From Macrostomum lignano (lineage: Eukaryota), in NCBI GenBank assembly GCA_002269645.1, contig NIVC01000114.1, positions 682,001 to 746,000 of the forward strand: a stretch of DNA of 64,000 bases. The letters are read 5' to 3'. The notes under the pieces were generated by a model. That model was not told the DNA's origin, ran no database searches, and saw only the letters and a program-made list of their open reading frames with translations. Numbering within the stretch: the first letter of the stretch is position 1; each line of letters starts with the position of its first letter. Position numbers and translations under genes: made by a program. Below are positions 59,319 through 64,000 of the stretch, one piece after another.

Positions 59319-60379
59319 CTGTAAGCCTTAGAGGTGAAAAAATGTAGCTTGCTTAAACAGCTATCCGCATTTTTCATCGAATCTACTCATACCGGTAAGT
59401 GAGAGTGGATTTTGATAAGCAGGACCAATACAGTAGACACTTAAAGTGAGTCAGTAATATGAATTTCAATGTATCTATAATTTAAAGTTCATTTTCTAAG
59501 CTTCTGGGGTTGATTCACAAGAAAATATTAGGTGCAGCATTTAAGCCACAGTCTAAATGCTTTAAGATGTACTCTCTGTGCCCAAAATTAGCCTAAATCG
59601 AAAAATTAAAAAAAGAAAAAACTCACAAGTTTTTTTGTTTTGCTCAACTTATGAAATTGCCTGCTACGGATAAATCACGAATATTGGGGTTCTTTCAGAT
59701 TGGATAATAATAAAGTGATAGGTGGCATAGATCGGAAGAAAACTTCGAGACCCGAGTCTTCTACTCGTATTTATTGAGTATAAGGGCGCATAAACTTGTT
59801 TATGCTATCGAGAACTTATTTACATTAGATAGTCGGATTATATGTATAGATTACTCATCACAGAGGCATTTATCTGTATCTACTTGAGAAACTGAAATGT
59901 TTAGCACCAGTGTTTTTTTCTATTTGAGCTCAACTTCCTTAAAAAAAATAGCCACATTATGCATTGCAATGCAGCTCAAGCAGCAGTGAGGCGTACCGTA
60001 AACAGGCGTTTTAAAATACCTAAAGCTATGCTATTATTCTATAGTTAAATGAAGCAACAAGCCTTCCTGCTTGTGTACTCAGAGAGTCATAACTGTCTGG
60101 AAAGTTTGCTATTTTTAGAACAAAAATATTTACGCTTTCACGGCATGCAAGATGCAAGTTGACACTCCTACTTTGAATAAACAAGCACAGTTTTGCTCGT
60201 ACCCAATAAATTTTTTCCGTGAGCTTAGTAGCAAATCTTAGAAGCGGTTCGAGCTACCAATTGATGACGCCCCAGGGATTTGAGCAACCGCAATGAATTC
60301 CACAGACGTCATAGAGATGCATTTTGCTGATGAAGTATTCCGGGGTGCTCCGTCTAGAGAGTACACATGACAAGCAACC

Positions 60380-60600
60380 CAATGGCGCCAAGATAAGTGG
60401 CTATGCCAGCAGCAACCTGCTCCATCCTGGTCCAGCGGCATGCAGCTTCTACTCACAGGTGGTCACGTGATCTGGGCCATGGCGTTAGGCCGCCGCTTCC
60501 AACCTCTTACCGACGTTTTCTTTAGACTAAGAATATATACTGCTAGTGTTTGTGATGTGTATGGTATGCCCACTGTGCGGCGAGCCATCTCCCGCTCGTT
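60380..60600 (+). mobile_element. Highly degenerate RTE-like LINE fragment
   Basis: MQLLLTGGHVIWA resembles HLQLAGHVIRA of the 12950-13550 copy. Confidence 0.35.
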
Positions 60601-60626
60601 GACTGGGGATACTTTTAAACTAGTAA

Positions 60627-60915
60627 GGGGGTTGTAGCCTAGTGATTAGAGCGTCGGTCCTCACGACTTGAAGGTCTGAGGTTCGATTCCCGATCCGACT
60701 GGAACAATTTGTGTCCTTGAGCAAGACGCACTTAACTCTGCATTGCTTCAGTTCACCCAGCTGTAAAATGGGTGCCAGCATTAGCGGGGGTAATTGAGGG
60801 TGTGTGTGGCGATCACCCAGTCCTGGACTGAACAGCCGTATACAGCCTTCAGATGCTCCTCGACAGCTGAGCTGTCGGTCGCACACCTGGTCCAATTGGG
60901 ACAGGTGTAAACTAT
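60627..60915 (+). mobile_element. Full-length tRNA-derived SINE (family 2) with a CORE-like central domain
   Basis: A box TAGCCTAGTGA, B box GGTTCGATTCC, then TGTGTCCTTGAGCAAGACGCACTTAACTCTGCATTGCTTCAGTTCACCCAGCTGTAAAATGGG, which resembles the MIR/CORE consensus TGTGTGACCTTGGGCAAGTCACTTAACCTCTCTGAGCCTCAGTTTCCTCATCTGTAAAATGGG. Confidence 0.75.
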
Positions 60916-61822
60916 TAATTACTCGTAATTTATATTGTTACTTTTAAATCACCTTTGGTAGATACATATATTTTGTTAGCTGAAACATTTCCTCTATTAA
61001 ACTGGTCTCATGTTCAGGAAAATAAAATATTGCTACGAGCGAATGACCATTGACCAAAGCAGTATAACACTTAGTTTGTACTTTAAAAAGCCAATTAATT
61101 TTGTTAGTGAGATGAAATGTGCAACCACCAGTGTAATTTTCAATAGTCATTTCAATAAAAACGAAACTTGAAACTGAATGAATGTCATTTTGAAAAGTTA
61201 AAAAACGGTCAGAGCTCACCACCTGCTTACCAGAAATGAAAAAAGCGGTAAAATTTTTTAATAGCCACACAGAGCTTAAAAAAGTGGCTACGAATAACAA
61301 TAACACAATCGTTGCTGTACCTTGCTGCTAAAAATATGTTGAACTTCTTTAACAGTACTTCAGTAGGTACATACGTTCTTTACAAAGTTTATTATGTCGA
61401 ATCCAGCTAAAATTTATTTACAACATTAAGATATACATCTGATTTAATAAAAAGCAACTTGCGCGATTTTTCAAAATAAATAAATATGCTTATAGTATAA
61501 GTGCAAGCAGCATATATGTGGTATTCAAAACTATTTTATATGTGCATGAGAATCTAAATTTTAAGATATGATGCAGACCAAGACACTGTACACGCCAGTA
61601 TATTTTGACCTCTGAAACAATACTTGGATTAAAAATACGAAATCTTACTTGGTAAAATAATTTTCTCTGGAGTAATAATATGGTCTGAAATAGTCGAATA
61701 AAAAGTTGAATAAACCAATGGTTAAAATATTACACGGTAGTTAACTAAAAAAGAGGTCTGTTGCAATGTGTGCACACGCATAACATATTAAAAAACACCT
61801 CCTGGGGCACCGGTTTGGCCAA

Positions 61823-63622
61823 CTACGATCCCAGATGCCCAACCCAAACCCCGGCGGTTGGATCCAACCTACGAGTATACTGGGACTGAAGATCCGATGA
61901 GGCGTTTGGGCGGAACAGAGTGATGAACTTTGCCACCAGGACAATAGCTGATATGGGTTTTGGGACATTAGGGATGAATCCATCATTCTTTTTATCCAAG
62001 ATAATAAGTAAAGACTAACAATTTCAGGATCTTATCTGATAAAACGGCCCTTCTAGTGTGGAACACCAAATTGTACTATATTATCTAACGTTGCAGCCCC
62101 TCAAAAGTAACGCAAAAAATTACGTTTTTTTTTCTCAAAAACCTAAATAAAAAGCAATCAAACTTCATGATTTGGTTACAGAAGTTACAGAAGCTCAACT
62201 TTTGCCAGCTCTTGGACGTGGCATCCACTGACCTAGTACTCGTAGACATGGTAAGGAGCGCCCTCCTAGGAGTCAGGGGCACCCACATAGGAGATGCTAA
62301 GCGATTATCATGTACTGACACAATGCTGAAACTTTCCTCTAAATTTACGATTTTGTATGCTGAATACAGTTAAACAAAAAGTCCTGTCAAAAATTACTAA
62401 CCAACAGCAATGCCAGCGGCGACAACAACTCCAGCAACGATTCTAATTATCGCTCCCACCGAAAGCACCGGAGCGGCAGCAGAGCACGTGGGCCCGGAGA
62501 ACCCATCATTGCAATCGCAGAAATACTTGTTCCACATGTCGATGCAACGACCGGAGTTCTGACAGACACCCGCTTTACATACTACGTCTCCATGGCAACC
62601 AGGCGTTGGTGAGATGGTTGAATCCGCGTCAGTTGCAGACCAGGAAAATCCCGGCGTGTCAGAGGGGAGCGACCGGTTCACTAGCGGGACCAAGTAGCCG
62701 TTGAGTCGCACGTTGCCAAGGCAACCCTTGAAGCCGCTGTCGCCAAGAACTACCACAGCCGCAGAGTCGAGAATCAGCGGTGCAAAGTCATGAGATTCGC
62801 TGAAAGTCGTAGCAGCGTCGGTGCCATCGAACTTCGCACTGAGTTCTAAGCGCCGTTCGGTGAAAAACCTGACGCCAAACGTAAATGGGATGCTGGTTGC
62901 TATGGAGAAATCGGACATCACGTGCTTGTTGTCAAGGGACACTCGCAGATGGCCGGACTTGGCCTCGACAAACAGCTGGCGACCGTCGCGGTTGGTCATC
63001 GACAGCAGACGGAAGTTCAGCTCGCGGGTGCGGGCCCAGCCAGTGAGGCTAGTCAATGCTTCATTGAAGCGGCTGGCCGATAATCTCAGCTTTGTGGAGG
63101 ATTGGAATGTGGCGGCTGTGCGACCTGGCGAGTTTGGTGGATGGACAAGCATAAAATGCAGTCATTTCGTCGCCATTCATAGATATATTAAGAAGTATAT
63201 ATTCAGCTAAGAAACTGGGCGTCTGTATGAGTGCAAGCCTGAGTACAGTAGGTGCTCATGAGTCAGCGATATGGATAGAATTGCTTCAGGTTGAATGCTG
63301 CTGAAAGCGTTGCATCAGGGGTGTCACAAACCTCCTGTGAGTTTGACGCTGCAGTTTTTGCCTCCGAACTCAGCGGGGCAGCCGGTGCAGGCATAATCCG
63401 CTACCAGGTCCTTGCAGACGGCTCCGTTCTGACACGGCTGTCCGAACCGCTCGCACTCGTTGATGTCGACTGAGCAGGTCGGGCCTTCGTAGCCGGGCAG
63501 GCAGTGGCAGGTGAATGAGGCCAGGCCGTCCGTGCAGCTCGACGCGTGAGCGCACACGCTGCGGTTGGTGTCCGGATCCAGACAGTCGTTCGGGTGGATC
63601 TCGCACGTGTCTCCGAAGGTAC
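61823..63622 (-). CDS. Crumbs-like paralog A (3' part): EGFs, LamG3, EGF, TM, truncated tail; possibly a pseudogene
   Basis: Exons: 63622-63332 (EGFs, ends KLTG-G|gtttgt), 63124-62402 (LamG3-EGF-TM, paralog of crb 5406-6167), 61947-61823 (AIVLVAKFITLFRPNASSDLQSQYTRRLDPTAGVWVGHLGS*). The 5' exons lie beyond the window. Confidence 0.65.
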
Positions 63623-64000
63623 CTATATGAGTGAAATGTGTTTAACAAAACTTGTTTGCGTTGGAAGCATTGTTTGACTGATGTTAACAATGTCGTGTCT
63701 CCGTCTACGTGTCACGCATGAATGCGTTTGATAAGAGCTAAACACCACACCCCAAGGGAAGGGAAGGCGGACGCGAGTGTTTGCGAGTATCGAGTACAGT
63801 GCGAGTGGATACGACGTTCCAAAATCCGAAAAATGATGGGGAAAATAGTGAAAGAAAAAAAACGGGGGGCACGCAGGATTCAAGCAAGCAATGCTTGCAA
63901 GGCTTGCAAGGCTTGCAAGCAAAAATAAATAAACAGTCATTAAAACAGCACTTAATCAATAAAACAACAGTCATCATTGCAAAAAAAGATAAAATACGAA

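Noticed and set aside
61790-61825. Programmed stop-codon read-through restoring QEVFF in paralog A
   Set aside because: After EVFF the frame continues (TTT TTT AAT ...) instead of stopping, so read-through would not leave EVFF at the C-terminus. Decay is the simpler explanation.

Overview
Eukaryotic (animal) genomic DNA with spliceosomal introns, GC-rich exons and many minisatellites. A flatworm such as Macrostomum is plausible, but that is inference only. The window is a cluster of Crumbs-family EGF/laminin-G type I membrane protein genes, most of whose exons the ORF track misses. On the + strand lies the 3' part of a canonical crumbs gene (631-9615; GTY FERM-binding motif, ERLI PDZ ligand). 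Converging on it from the - strand are five derived paralogs, here E (26920-15197), D (40097-33805), C (53554-48412), B (~59318-55776) and A (63622-61823, 5' end outside the window), plus one orphan gene fragment. The paralogs differ in EGF-cassette and LamG number and have replaced the Crumbs tail. C, D and E end in a shared new motif [14 protein letters not shown]..P.PQEVFF*, A carries a truncated version of it, and B has an unrelated Tyr-motif tail built from micro-exons. All five copies of the second LamG domain keep an RS[KR]R-S furin-type site in an otherwise divergent loop. The window also contains an intact Ngaro-type tyrosine-recombinase retrotransposon, a 7SL RNA gene with a non-GNRA helix-8 loop plus a decayed paralog, a solo-LTR-like element rich in MEF2/AP-1/CRE sites inside a P-like transposase relic, a Penelope fragment with a minimal hammerhead motif, LINE and SINE remnants, MITEs and several tandem arrays. 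All exon coordinates were derived by hand from GT-AG sites and frame continuity.
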